Assembly: GCA_950097015.1 (NCBI GenBank)
Contig: CATNEN010000033.1
Coordinates: forward strand, 2,108,001 to 2,172,000
From: Macrostomum hystrix
Lineage: Eukaryota; Animalia; Platyhelminthes
Direction of reading: 5' to 3'
DNA length: 64,000 bases
Positions 20,886 through 32,831 of this stretch are shown here, in pieces (within the stretch, counting starts at the first letter, position 1; every line of letters starts with the position of its first letter). A program made the position numbers and the translations under genes. A model generated the notes under the pieces. The model searched no databases. It had not been told where the DNA came from and saw only the letters and a program-made list of their open reading frames with translations.

Positions 20886-22249
20886 CCTCTGTGCTGTGGA
20901 AGCAGATTTTCGGGTTTCGGTGGTTGTTGGTCTGCGGCGCACAGTGCCATGCCATGGGGCGTGTTAATATCTGCCTGGATACTGGCTAAACGCCTTTCGC
21001 TTTCCCATTGGCTGTAGAGTCCATTGTTGAGTCTTTGGCCTCTTTCTGCCCCCCCTCAAAGCTTCTCTGCCATTCTTTTTCTCTCTCCTTTCTTCTCGCA
21101 CCTGTGTTTACTTTTCCACCTGTTTTTTTCTTGCGCTAAAATTGGGACTTTTTTGCCTGGTCGATTCCCCTTGGCTCAAGTTGCAGATTCTCTGCTCTCC
21201 CTCTGTGTCTCAATAAGCAAATCTGGTCCTGAATATCCCGCGCGAGTCAATATTCCCCAAACAGCGGAGGGCGAAGGAAGGATGCTGGCCTCTTCAATTT
21301 CAGCCTCAACAATGGAAGGTAGAAAAATCAGGAAAATGTCTGATTAAATCTGGATGGCAATATCCTAACTGTTCTACTGGCCAGTAGTGCAGTTTGCTAA
21401 AGCCAGCGAGTGTAAATGTAAATTATTTTCCAGAGACACTGAAAAACGTGTCTAAAATTGCAATTAGCGTTTGCTCATGAGGTAACTGTTTTTTATTGCA
21501 AAAAATCATTTCTGCTTAATTAACTAAACTGAACCAGGGGAGCAGTGCTGGCTTGATGCCACATCTGCTACTGGCTGGCTAGTGCATTGGGGAAGGAGCA
21601 GTGATAGGGAACTCAACCGGATAGCTAAGCCCACATGAATGATAGATAACAGTCCGTGTGCTCAAACTGAGTTCTTGTGTGTGCTCAACTATAACTGAGC
21701 GGTCAGATACCCGGTGTCACCAAACTTCTCACAGTTTGTTATATCCCAGGCAGGCGTCCCAGGTTTCTTCGGCGCGCCCGGACCCCGAAAGTTCATATCG
21801 TGGCGAGCTCGCGTGAGGCACCAATTCGGTGTAACTGGGCCGCGCAAGCTGCTTAGAGACAACTCAATCTCGTCAGCCAATCAGCTGGGGTCGCTGGCAC
21901 CTGCGCGCCACGAAACTGCTAAGCCGAAATCCCCTCATAATTAGTGAGCACAGACTGAGCCCGGTGTTGAGTTGACTCTGCAGCCAGTCAGGCAGACACT
22001 TTGCGAGTTTAGCTTCTCATTGGGAATAAGGATATTGCCTGATTCAAAGGGGTAAGTTGGTGGTTCATACCTGCCTGTTACTAGCCTTTTTAGCTCGTAT
22101 TGCAACACATTATTTTAGACAAATGATTCTGTACTTTTAGTTCACTATTTGCTTTCGTGTCTTTGCGCATTCTGTCGCGCCGGTTCAACAGAAGACAGTT
22201 TTCCTTTATTTAGAACCAGGATCCACTAACTCTTCAGGTAAACTGTCTC

Positions 22250-23110
22250 TTCAGGTTGAACCCTCTGTCCCTTCAGATTGAACCTTTTGTCCCTTCAGGT
22301 TGAACCCTCTGTCCCTTCAGATTGAACCTTTTGTCCCTTCAGGTTGAACCCTCTCCCTTCAGGTTGAACCCTCTCCCTTCAGGTTGAACCTTTTGTCCCT
22401 TCAGGTTGAACCCTCTGTCCCTTCAGGTTGAACCCTCTGTCCCTTCAGGTTGAACCCTCTGTTCCTTCAGGTTGAACCCTCTGTCCCTTCAGGTTGAACC
22501 CTCTGTCCCTTCAGGTTGAACCCTCTGTCCCTTCAGGTTGAACCCTCTGTCCCTTCAGGTTGAACCCTCTGTTCCTTCAGGTTGAACCCTCTGTCCCTTC
22601 AGGTTGAACCTTTTGTCCCTTCAGGTTGACCCTCTGTCCCTTCAGGTTGAACCCTCTGTTCCTTCAGGTTGAACCCTCTGTCCCTTCAGGTTGAACCCTC
22701 TGTCCCTTCAGATTGAACCTTTTGTCCCTTCAGGTTGAACCCTCTCCCTTCAGGTTGAACCCTCTGTCCCTTCAGGTTGAACCCTCTGTCCCTTCAGGTT
22801 GAACCCTCTGTCCCTTCAGGTTGAACCCTCTGTCCCTTCAGGTTGAACCCTCTGTCCCTTCAGGTTGAACCATCTGTCCCTTCAGGTTGAACCCTCTGTC
22901 CCTTCAGGTTGAACCCTCTGTTCCTTCAGGTTGAACCATCTGTCCCTTCAGGTTGAACCCTCTGTCCCTTCAGGTTGAACCCTCTGTCCCTTCAGGTTGA
23001 ACCTTTTGTCCCTTCAGGTTGAACCCTCTGTCCCTTCAGGTTGAACCTTTTGTCCCTTCAGGTTGAACCCTCTGTCCCTTCATGTAGAATCCTCTGTCCC
23101 TTCAGGTAGA
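22250..23110. repeat. 22-bp minisatellite
   Basis: Unit cccttcaggttgaaccctctgt. Confidence 0.97.
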
Positions 23111-24599
23111 CAACCCCCTTCCCTTCAGTTCCGCCTTCAGTTGTTCAGCATGTATCTAAAATGATATTCAATAATCGCATGTAGCAAAAGCTAAGGAAGA
23201 ATATTTTTATATTAGTTCCGATTCCTGCAACTGCTGACAAGTACTCGCATGTGAGTGGACCCCACCCTGAGCATAGCTGATGCGGTGAGTATCCAGTCCT
23301 GAAGTGCACCCAGTGTCCTAATGCAGGTACCCGAGCGGTCCAAGTGGCCTCCCAAACCTTGGCGACTATTTTTTATCCTCTTTCTTTTTTTGCTCCTCGT
23401 CCGAGCAGAGAGCCACTCGTGCCCTGCCTCTTCCTGCTCTGCTCCACCGCTAGCTCCTGCTTGTTGAAGAAGACGGAGCAGGGCAGGCAGGACACAGCGG
23501 GGAGAGTTTTTGTGGGAGAAATTTCCCTTGTTCGAATTCCTCTGACGGTGATGAGACGGTGTGAGAACACCCTGGCTCTTCACTTCGAGGTCAATAACAA
23601 GAACTTGCATATCAAACACACTGACTGTGCCAACAAACCCAACTTGGGATAAATTGCAAATGGGGAAGATTTGTAGGAGATGGAGGTGAGAAAGTGTTCC
23701 AATCGGTCTGTCCGTCTGCCAGCCTTATTGGGGATCTGCGGTTCAAAATTTAGGCCGAAAAAAACTTTTCCTACCCATTCAAAGGCATGAATTCGACCCA
23801 GATGAAAAGCAGAGAGAGTGGCTGCTGCTGCTGCTGCTGCTGCTGGCTGGCTGGCTGGCTGGCTGAGTGAGAGGCGGAGTAAAGCAATGAAAAAAAGGAA
23901 ATTGTCGCCGGCAATTGTGCTCAGCCAGTCTGGCGGGGTCACCTGACCCCTCCCTCCCCCAATGCCCCGCCGTTCGAATCCTGCTTCTTATATATTCTTT
24001 GAAAAAGGAAAGCCATCTGGACTTGGTCCCGGCCGCCTCAGCCAGAGCCACTTCCCGTCCGGAGATTTAGAGCGAGCGGACCGGCGGAGGCCCGGCTGGG
24101 GGGAGGGCGACTGCGGGGGGGTCTTTGAAATTTCCAGGAAATGCGCCGCGTTGCCGAGGTCGGGGAGGCTCCTGTCAGCTGAGTTGCTAGACTGGACCGG
24201 GCTTCGGCCTGACCACTCACCTCAGCCCCAGCCGCCGACCCGCACTCATTCTGGCCCTTTCAATCAGCGCCTGATTGCACATCTCCCAGATCTTGGGACC
24301 CCCCATTCAGCCAGTCTAGTCGCAGTGACTCAGGCTATTGAAAGTTAGTCCGCCTGGCTGTCCCTCAGACAGGTTCAAAGGAAGTCTGGCAGGGCACTTT
24401 AAGCTACCAGTTTGGATTTTGGGCATGAATTCGACTGAATTTCACAACTTTAATCTGATGTCACAGCAGTCTGCTTATCACCCCCTACTCAATATGCCCT
24501 TCCACTCCTCCCTCCTCTCCCCCCTTATCTATCCTCTCTAATATTTCCTGTTCTCTTGAGTCTCTACTCCACCTTCTCTGCTATGTCTCCTCACTACTC

Positions 24600-25000
24600 T
24601 ATTCTCCCCTCTTCCCATTCCTCTCTCCTCTCTTCCCGATCCTCTCTCCTCTCTTCCCATTCCTCTCTCATCTCTTCCCATTCCTCTCTCCTCTCTTCCC
24701 ATTCCTCTCTCCTCTCTTCCAAATCCTCTCTCCTCTCTTCCCATTCCTCTCTCCTCTCTTCCCATTCCTCTCTCCTCTCTTCCCAATCCTCTCTCCTCTC
24801 TTCCCAATCCTCTCTCCTCCTCTTCCCAATCCTCTCTCCTCCTCTTCCCAATCCTCTCTCCTCCTCTTCCCATTCCACTCTCCTCTCTTCCCATTCCTCT
24901 CTCCCCTCTTCCCATTCCTCTCTCCTCTCTTCCCGATCCTCTCTCCCTCTCTTCCCATTCCTCTCTCCCCTCTTCCCATTCCTCTCTCCCCTTTCCTCTG
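24600..25000. repeat. 21-bp polypyrimidine minisatellite
   Basis: Unit ctcttcccattcctctctcct. Confidence 0.93.
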
Positions 25001-25632
25001 TCCACGAGGACAAGAAGTTCCCCATAAGCTCTCCTTTCCTTTCTCATCCCTCCCACTCACAGCCTTTTCCGCATCCTGAAGGTGCTTGAAGTGCCAAAGA
25101 ACATTGTGTAAACAGAGCCACAATTACCCTAGTAGCAGCTCATGGACTCATTCTGCTTACACTAATTCCCTACTCGTGCGGTAACAGCGTGCGGCTGGAA
25201 ATCTGGGAATAATCATTCGAGCAAAAAAACTCCTTGTGATAAAGTGGGGCCGAATTTTCAAAGAAACTCAGCCACGTCGCTTCGCTGGTTGAAAAAGGCC
25301 GGCAGCCTATGCTTGCCACTCTTCCGCTGTTACAGCATGGCAAAAGCAGGAAATGGAGGGAATTTTTTGAGCATGAAGCCGGAGCTCGAACTCGTTTCTC
25401 AAAAATTTTCAGCCCCTCTACAGCCCGTACTCGTATTTTTTTGGCTGTAACGGAGCGGAAAGACTTGAAAAATGCAGATTTCAGAGCCAGTCAACAAACT
25501 CTCATGTCAGTTAGCTTCTAATAGCAGAGAATTCGCTGCAGTGTTTAATCTTTTGAGTAGTTAAGGATACAGTTACTGACCCATAATCAGGAATCCTTAA
25601 TCAAATGAGATCCTAAATCCTTGAAACAGCCA

Positions 25633-26540
25633 CCCTAGACACTCTCCAAGCAGCCAATCCCACACCCAGACACTCTCCAAGCAGCCAATCCCACACCCAG
25701 ACACTCTCCAAGCAGCCAATCCCACACTCAGACACTCTCCAAGCAGCCAATCCCACACTCAGACACTCTCCAAGCAGCCAATCCCACACCCAGACACTCT
25801 CCAAGCAGCCAATCCCACACTCAGACACTCTCCAAGCAGCCAATCCCACACTCAGACACTCTCCAAGCAGCCAATCCCACACCCAGACACTCTCCAAGCA
25901 GCCAATCCCACACTCAGACACTCTCCAAGCAGCCAATCCCACACCCAGACACTCTCCAAGCAGCCAATCCCACACCCAGACACTCTCCAAGCAGCCAATC
26001 CCACACTCAGACACTCTCCAAGCAGCCAATCCCACACCCAGACACTCTCCAAGCAGCCAATCCCACACTCAGACACTCTCCAAGCAGCCAATCCCACACC
26101 CAGACACTCTCCAAGCAGCCAATCCCACACTCAGACACTCTCCAAGCAGCCAATCCCACACCCAGACACTCTCCAAGCAGCCAATCCCACACTCAGACAC
26201 TCTCCAAGCAGCCAATCCCACACTCAGACACTCTCCAAGCAGCCAATCCCACACCCAGACACTCTCCAAGCAGCCAATCCCACACCCAGACACTCTCCAA
26301 GCAGCCAATCCCACACTCAGACACTCTCCAAGCAGCCAATCCCACACTCAGACACTCTCCAAGCAGCCAATCCCACACTCAGACACTCTCCAAGCAGCCA
26401 ATCCCACACTCAGACACTCTCCAAGCAGCCAATCCCACACCCAGACACTCTCCAAGCAGCCAATCCCACACCCAGACACTCTCCAAGCAGCCAATCCCAC
26501 ACCCAGACACTCTCCAAGCAGCCAATCCCACACCCAGACA
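25633..26540. repeat. 31-bp minisatellite, about 29 copies
   Basis: Unit ccaagcagccaatcccacac(c/t)cagacactct. Confidence 0.98.
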
Positions 26541-27169
26541 GTTGAGTAAGGCAGGAAAGGTATCCCTACCTGCCTGTTTAATGCGTAGAGTTCAATCTTT
26601 AAGCTTTTTTTATCCCCGCCTATTGAGCAGCGATCGCGGCAGTCGCAGCTAAGGTCAGTGAAGTGTACGAGTGACACCAGATGTTAAAGACAGTGTCAGA
26701 GATTTTCGCAGTGTCACAGCTAAACCCTTGGCTCATGGCAAGCAATTTCTATATGCTTTGACTATAGACTGACTGACAGGAAGTGGCAGAGTGAGGGGTA
26801 TTAGACTCAGGCGCAGGTGTCACTAAGCCTTATCTGACAGTAACATTAATACTGGATTGAATAAGTAAGACAGGCGAATAGGACAGGTGCACTGTGTGCT
26901 GTTACAAGCCTACAACTGATCTCTGAGACCAGTCCGTACAGTTTGAAACTCTATGAATGAAATTTTCTACCCGAGTTCACTATGCGACTAATTTTTTCCG
27001 TGTATTTTATCGAAACTGGTAACTCTTGTTCAAGTACATGTCGTACATGTACAGCGTGCCGATTCAGTTTCCTAACTCTCCATGAAGTATTTGTCTATGG
27101 CTTTTACTTCTTCTGATTCGATATCTCTCCCTTGCCTCTTCCATCCCTTCTTGAATCCCCATTTTCTTT

Positions 27170-27520
27170 TCCCTTCTTCTCTCCTTTCTTCTCTCCCTTC
27201 TTCTCTCCCTTCTTCTCTCCCTTCTTCTCTCCCTTCTTCTCTCCTTTCTTCTCTTCTTTCTTGTCTCCCTTCTTCTCTCCTTTCTTCTCTCCCTTCTTCT
27301 CTCCCTTCTTCTCTCCCTTCTTCTCTCCCTTCTTCTCTCCTTTCTTCGCTTCTTTCTTGTCTCCCTTCTCCTCTCCCTTCTTCTCTCCCTTCTTCTCTCC
27401 CTTCTTCTCTCCCTTCTTCTCTCCCTTTTCTCTCCTTTCTTCTCTTCTTTCTTGTCCCCCTTCTCCTCTCCCTTCTTCTCTCCCTCCTTCTCTCCTTTCT
27501 TCTCTCCCGATCCTGTCTCC
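27170..27520. repeat. 12-bp CT-rich simple repeat
   Basis: ttcttctctccc units. Confidence 0.9.
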
Positions 27521-27939
27521 CTTCCTCTATGTTCTACACACAGTTTCAGGTGTGACGCACACACAGGTTGAGCTCTGATCTCACTCAAATTAAAATGCAA
27601 ACAAACCATTCCAGCATATCCGCATCTAGTAATTACCATCGTCACCTGTAGTCTAATAGAAGTTGCATACAAATATGTGTAACTCGCAATGCCAACAGCA
27701 TCAAATGCTGAGCCACTTGTGCTGCGTGAACACCTAATTTGGCAAATACATCTGGTACTGACGTGCAATCTGCTCAGATCGTTTATGAGCTGTCTCATTG
27801 TATCATTGACTACCATTGCTGATAGTAGCTCTGTTGACATAAATATATTCTCTCTGATGAACCCAACTTTGTATTCCATTTTGCCTCGTATGATTCAAAT
27901 ATGATCATTATGATCTTTTCTGAGGGATATGGCTATGAT

Positions 27940-28390
27940 AAGAAGATCCCATAGAATGTTAAGATCCCGATATTGATAAGATCCCATAGGTGGATCAGAT
28001 CCTATAGGTGGATCAGATCCCATAGATAGATTCGATCCCATAGGTGGATAAGTTCCCATAGATCGATTAGATCCCATAGGTGGATAAGATCCCATAGATG
28101 GATAAGATCCCATAGGTGGATAAGATCCCATAGATGGATAAGATCCCATAGGTGGATAAGATCCCATAGGTGGATAAGTTCCCATAGATGGATAAGTTCC
28201 CATAGATGGATAAGATCCCATAGATGCATAAGATCCCATAGATGGATAAGATCCCATAGATGCATAAGATCCCATAGATGGATAAGATCCCATGGATGGA
28301 TAAGATCCCATGGATGGATAAGATCCCATGGATGGATAATATCCCATAGATGGATAAGATCCCATAGGATGGATAAGATCCCATAGACAA
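27940..28390. repeat. 18-bp minisatellite
   Basis: Unit gatggataagatcccata. Confidence 0.94.
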
Positions 28391-28859
28391 TGGACGGAGA
28401 GAATGCTGAGAAGTGTCTAATCAGCAGCTAACAATAATTGGCTGGCTGGCTACTGTATGCACCCCACGAGGCTTCAGTGGCTTCTGCTCCGGATTGCTTT
28501 GGCAGGAAAATGAGGCCTGTTGCAATCTGTTAGCAATCGCTGCCATAATTACTGCTGGCCATCCGTGCCCTCGCATTAGACGAACGATGGCGCATTGGAA
28601 CGATTGCCGGGCTGGGACAATGTCCTTCCTTTCAACGGAATCCCCTTATTCTGTCCTCTTAAGCTTTCTGGCTGAGCATGAGACTGGAGTACAATGGGAT
28701 TAGAGAGCCGTTCTGCCCAATCTGTTTAAAAAAAGTTCATTGTTGCTGCTTCTTAAAAAGCAACAGAAGCATCTTCCTTTTCCTTGAAAAAAACGATATG
28801 GTTTCTGAGATCCTCAGTGGGACTTAGTTCCTGCTCACTGCAGTGTATTTGATCCGAAT

Positions 28860-29340
28860 TATGGATTAATGTGATCCCAATGATGAATCAATTTGATCCC
28901 AATGATGGATTAGTGTGATCCCAATGATGAATCAATTTGATCCCAATGATAAATCAATATGATCCCAATGATGGATTAATATGATCGAATGATGGATTAA
29001 TGTGATCCCAATGATGAATCAATTTGATCCCAATGATAAATCAATATGATCCCAATGATAAATCAATATGATCCCATTGATGGATTAATATGATCGAATG
29101 ATGGATTAATGTGATCCTAATGATGGATTAACATGATCGAATGATGGATTAATGTGATCCCAATAGATTAACATGATCGAATGATGGATTAATGTGATCC
29201 CAATAGATTAATATGATCGAATGATGGATTAATGAGATCCCAATGATGGATTAACATGATCGAATGATGGATTAATAGGATTTCAATCATGACTTAATGT
29301 GATCCCAATGTATGTAATCCACATTGATGGATTGATGTGA
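28860..29340. repeat. 20-22-bp degenerate minisatellite
   Basis: atgatggattaatgtgatccca and variants. Confidence 0.88.
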
Positions 29341-29796
29341 TCTTAATTTTCGTTGGACATTATCTCGAATGTAGTCACATGATTGTTTGCTTATTTTAAA
29401 CGTCTCTCGCAATGATGCCCTTGGCTGAAGGGCATGTGGAGATGTTTGCTCCCAAACAGGCAATCAGTGCACCCTCACTAGACCAAGTGATTCTTCTTCA
29501 TTAGCAAAATAAAATAACCAGAAAATGTCTACAAAATGAACGAGCATCTCCCCAGGTCATTAATAACTGATGCTTCTCAACCTGAATAATGAGCACAATA
29601 TGAGCAGCCCACCTGCTCGGACTTTTGCAGCCGGCGACTCTCCCATCCCCCACCCCTGCCCAGATATAACCAGCTGAAGCCAAAGTACTTTCACAAATTT
29701 ATCACGGCCAAAAACTGATAGGGCAACCGAACAATGTCCTTTCCCTCGCCATCTATGCGAATCCCGAACCTCTTCTGCTTCCTCATGCTATTGAAC

Positions 29797-29801
29797 AGCA
29801 G

Positions 29802-29858
<57 letters not shown>

Positions 29859-29974
29859 AAGCAGCAGAGGCAGAAGCAGCAGAAGCAGCAGAAGCAGCAG
29901 AGGCAGAAGCAGCAGAAGCAGCAGCAGCAGCAGAAGCAGCAGAAGCAGCAGAAGCAGCAGTAGAAGCAGCAGAT

Positions 29975-30007
<33 letters not shown>

Positions 30008-30070
30008 GCAGTAGAAGCAGCAGATGCAGCAGCAGCAGCAGCAGCAGTAGAAGCAGCAGAAGCAGCAGCA

Positions 30071-30103
<33 letters not shown>

Positions 30104-30158
30104 GCAACAGCAACAGCAACAGAAGCAGCAGCAGTAACAGATGCAGCAGAAGCAGAAG

Positions 30159-30197
<39 letters not shown>

Positions 30198-30205
30198 CAG
30201 AAGCG
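29797..30205. repeat. Interrupted (AGC)n trinucleotide tract, about 400 bp
   Basis: agc runs interrupted by aga, agt and aac. Confidence 0.95.
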
Positions 30206-30919
30206 TCAAGCCCTACACTATTCATTTCATTGTTCGATCGAACACTTGACAAGTTTTCCAGTGCAATGCGCTATAAAGGCCGAGAAGCACTTGCAGTCAT
30301 GTCAGTTCGCATCTGCAGCTTTCATTTTCAAAGCCCCCCCCGCATTCTAGTGCGAGTGGCCACTTGAGTTGTAAGTTTGGCTGATTGGTTTCGGCTTGGC
30401 CTTGGTCGGCTGCTGCGATGCACATTGAGCGATTCAGAGTGAGCTCTCAGTTGGAACAATAGACTCTTTGTTCTCAGACACACTGGCCTTCAACAGTTTA
30501 GTTTCAACTGCTTCCAGCAGGAATTGATCGCGGCTCCATAGGCAGTCGCACCTTCCCTTTCGGTTCGCAGCACACTTTCTGCAGTCGATAATTTCACTGG
30601 GCAGTGAGTGATTTTTGTGTCAATCTACGGTGGCCCAAACCTGTGCTTTTGGCCTGCCCAGAAATCGGGCAATTGGAACAGGGTGTTGCAATTCTACTCA
30701 GAGCGCTCCGAATTCTCAAACAGACAGATCGAGCTGTCCATCGACCAGAAAAGTTGAAGAATTTTCTAAGTGTTTCTTAGAAAACATGTTTCATAGAAGA
30801 CACGAAATCATTAGATTGCTTTCTTTGCTCAGTTTCTATGCGTGACGTAATTCACAATTTCACTATTTCAATCACTTTCACCACTCTCTGCGCCACATTC
30901 TGTCCCGCTCCTTCACTCC

Positions 30920-31620
30920 TTCTCTCCCTCTGATACTCCCCTCTCCCTCTCCCCCCACTCCCCCTCGCCCTCTGATACTCCCCTCTCCCTCTCCCCATTC
31001 CCTCTCCCCCACTCCCTCTCCTCCTCTGCCCCTCCTCCTCTGCCTCACCTCCTCTGCCCCTCCTCTGCTTCTTCCCCTCTGATACTCCCCTCTCCCTCTC
31101 CCCACTCCCTCTCCCCACTCCCTCTCCCCACTCCCTCTCCCCACTCCCTCTCCCCACTCCCTCTCCCCACTCCCTCTCCCCACCCCCTCTCCCCACTCCC
31201 TCTCCCCCCACTCCCTCTCCCCACTCCCTCTCCCCACTCCCTCTCCCCACTCCCTCTCCCCACTCCCTCTCCCCACTCCCTCTCCCCACTCCCTCTCCCC
31301 ACTCCCTCTCCACACTATCTCTCCACACTCCCTCTCCCCACTCCCTCTCCCCCCACTCCCTCTCCTCCTCTGCCCCTCCTCCTCTGCCTCTCCTCCTCTG
31401 CCCCTCCTCCTCTGCCCCTCCTCCTCTGTCTCTCCTCCTCTGCCCCTCCTCCTCTGCCTCTACTCCTCTGCCTCTCCTCCTCTGCCTCTCCTCCTCTGCC
31501 TCTTCTTCTCTGCCTCTCCTCCTCTGCCCTTCCCCTCTGCCCCTCCTGCTCTGTCCCTTCTCCTCTGCCTCTCCTCCTTTTGCCTCTCCTCCTTTTGCCT
31601 CTCCCTCTCCTGCTCTCCCT
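30920..31620. repeat. Polypyrimidine repeats (14-bp ccccactccctctc, then ctcctcctctgcc)
   Basis: Direct inspection. Confidence 0.92.
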
Positions 31621-32831
31621 CCTGACTCCGACCCAGACCTTCTTGTTTGATGGTGTCATTAAAAATTACTTTGAAAGAGATGCACTTAAAGACGCATTCT
31701 GGCCGACTCGAAGCGCACAAAGCGCATTCAGAACGCAAACAAAGAGCTTGAGGGATAGCGAGGAACATTGTGATTTACTCGACCCATCCCTCCCCAAGCC
31801 AGTGGCTGGCCAATTTCCAGAAGCCGAATTCAATTGCTTTAAATGCTGGACCAGTCCACGCCAGGCCAGCAGAGTTGCTACCCGGGGCATCCCTAGCGCC
31901 AACTACCGCAAATGGACCTCGGGTCGGTGGCTGCAACCCGTGGGGGTGCGGCTGGCAGCCCGGATTCCTTTTCCCAATGCCCCAAGCGGGACTGTTATCC
32001 CACTTTCCACTCTTCCTTCCTCTAGCTAGCTGCTCTCTCCTTTCCCAAGTCCCACAAGACAGACTACCCAGCAGCAACAGCAGCAGCAGCAAAACCACTT
32101 TTTCTTTTAGAACCATTGGTCTGTGATGGTCTGTGATCCCTTTCCCGCTGCGGGACCACTCCGATCCCATCCGCATTGCCTCTATCGCCAGCCAGATTGC
32201 AGCGATAGCGGAGACACCCGGCCAGAGAGTTGGGGAGAATTTGTTCCTCTCAGATCCCAAGATGCGGCTGAAGTCTGGAGGAGTGGAGAGTCGTCGGTAG
32301 CAGTTTGCCGATCGCTTTCAAACTGCTCTTCACCCCGCCAACCATTGAGGTGTGTCACCATAAGTTAGCGGATTCTCATAAGTCTTGCACCTTCGTTGTC
32401 CAGTTGTTAAAATTTAGCCAACAATGAAAACAGCTCCTCATCCGCTGACCACAGCAGATCCAGCCTTTCAGCCACTGGCGCCATCACCTTGCGCAGCTTT
32501 CTTTCCTGGGATTTATCTCCCCAGAAAGCCTCATCAGTCGCCTTATCCCGACCTCCCCTCTCCCCCCAGACCCCAATGGCCAGAAGGAGTCGTTCATCCA
32601 ATCAGACCGCCAACCCGCGCCTCTGCAGCCTCCCAGACTAGGATTTATACCCGGCCTACATCTGTCTCCTAAATATCCCCTTCTGCTAAAACACTAAACA
32701 TCCTGCTGACCCAGCAACAGCAGCAGCAACAGCTTACGAGTTGTTCCTCAATGTGGTTTTCTCCAAGCTTCTGGGAACTCTCACACACTAGAAAATCTGC
32801 TTGCCCTCGTCAGAAGCAGCCAAAGCCGCAG

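Noticed and set aside
21650-21960. GC-rich island with weak terminal inverted similarity and short ORFs on both strands
   Set aside because: The inverted match is too imperfect for a MITE call and no recognisable domain is present; may be regulatory.
23212-24348. Several overlapping ORFs of 60-135 aa
   Set aside because: No recognisable motif and no consistent splice chain.
27550-27904. Minus ORF start MEYKVGFIRENIF.. and plus-strand NPTLY (GPCR NPxxY-like)
   Set aside because: Isolated AT-rich fragments without the other family motifs or flanking exons; the long ORF length comes from the adjacent CT repeat.
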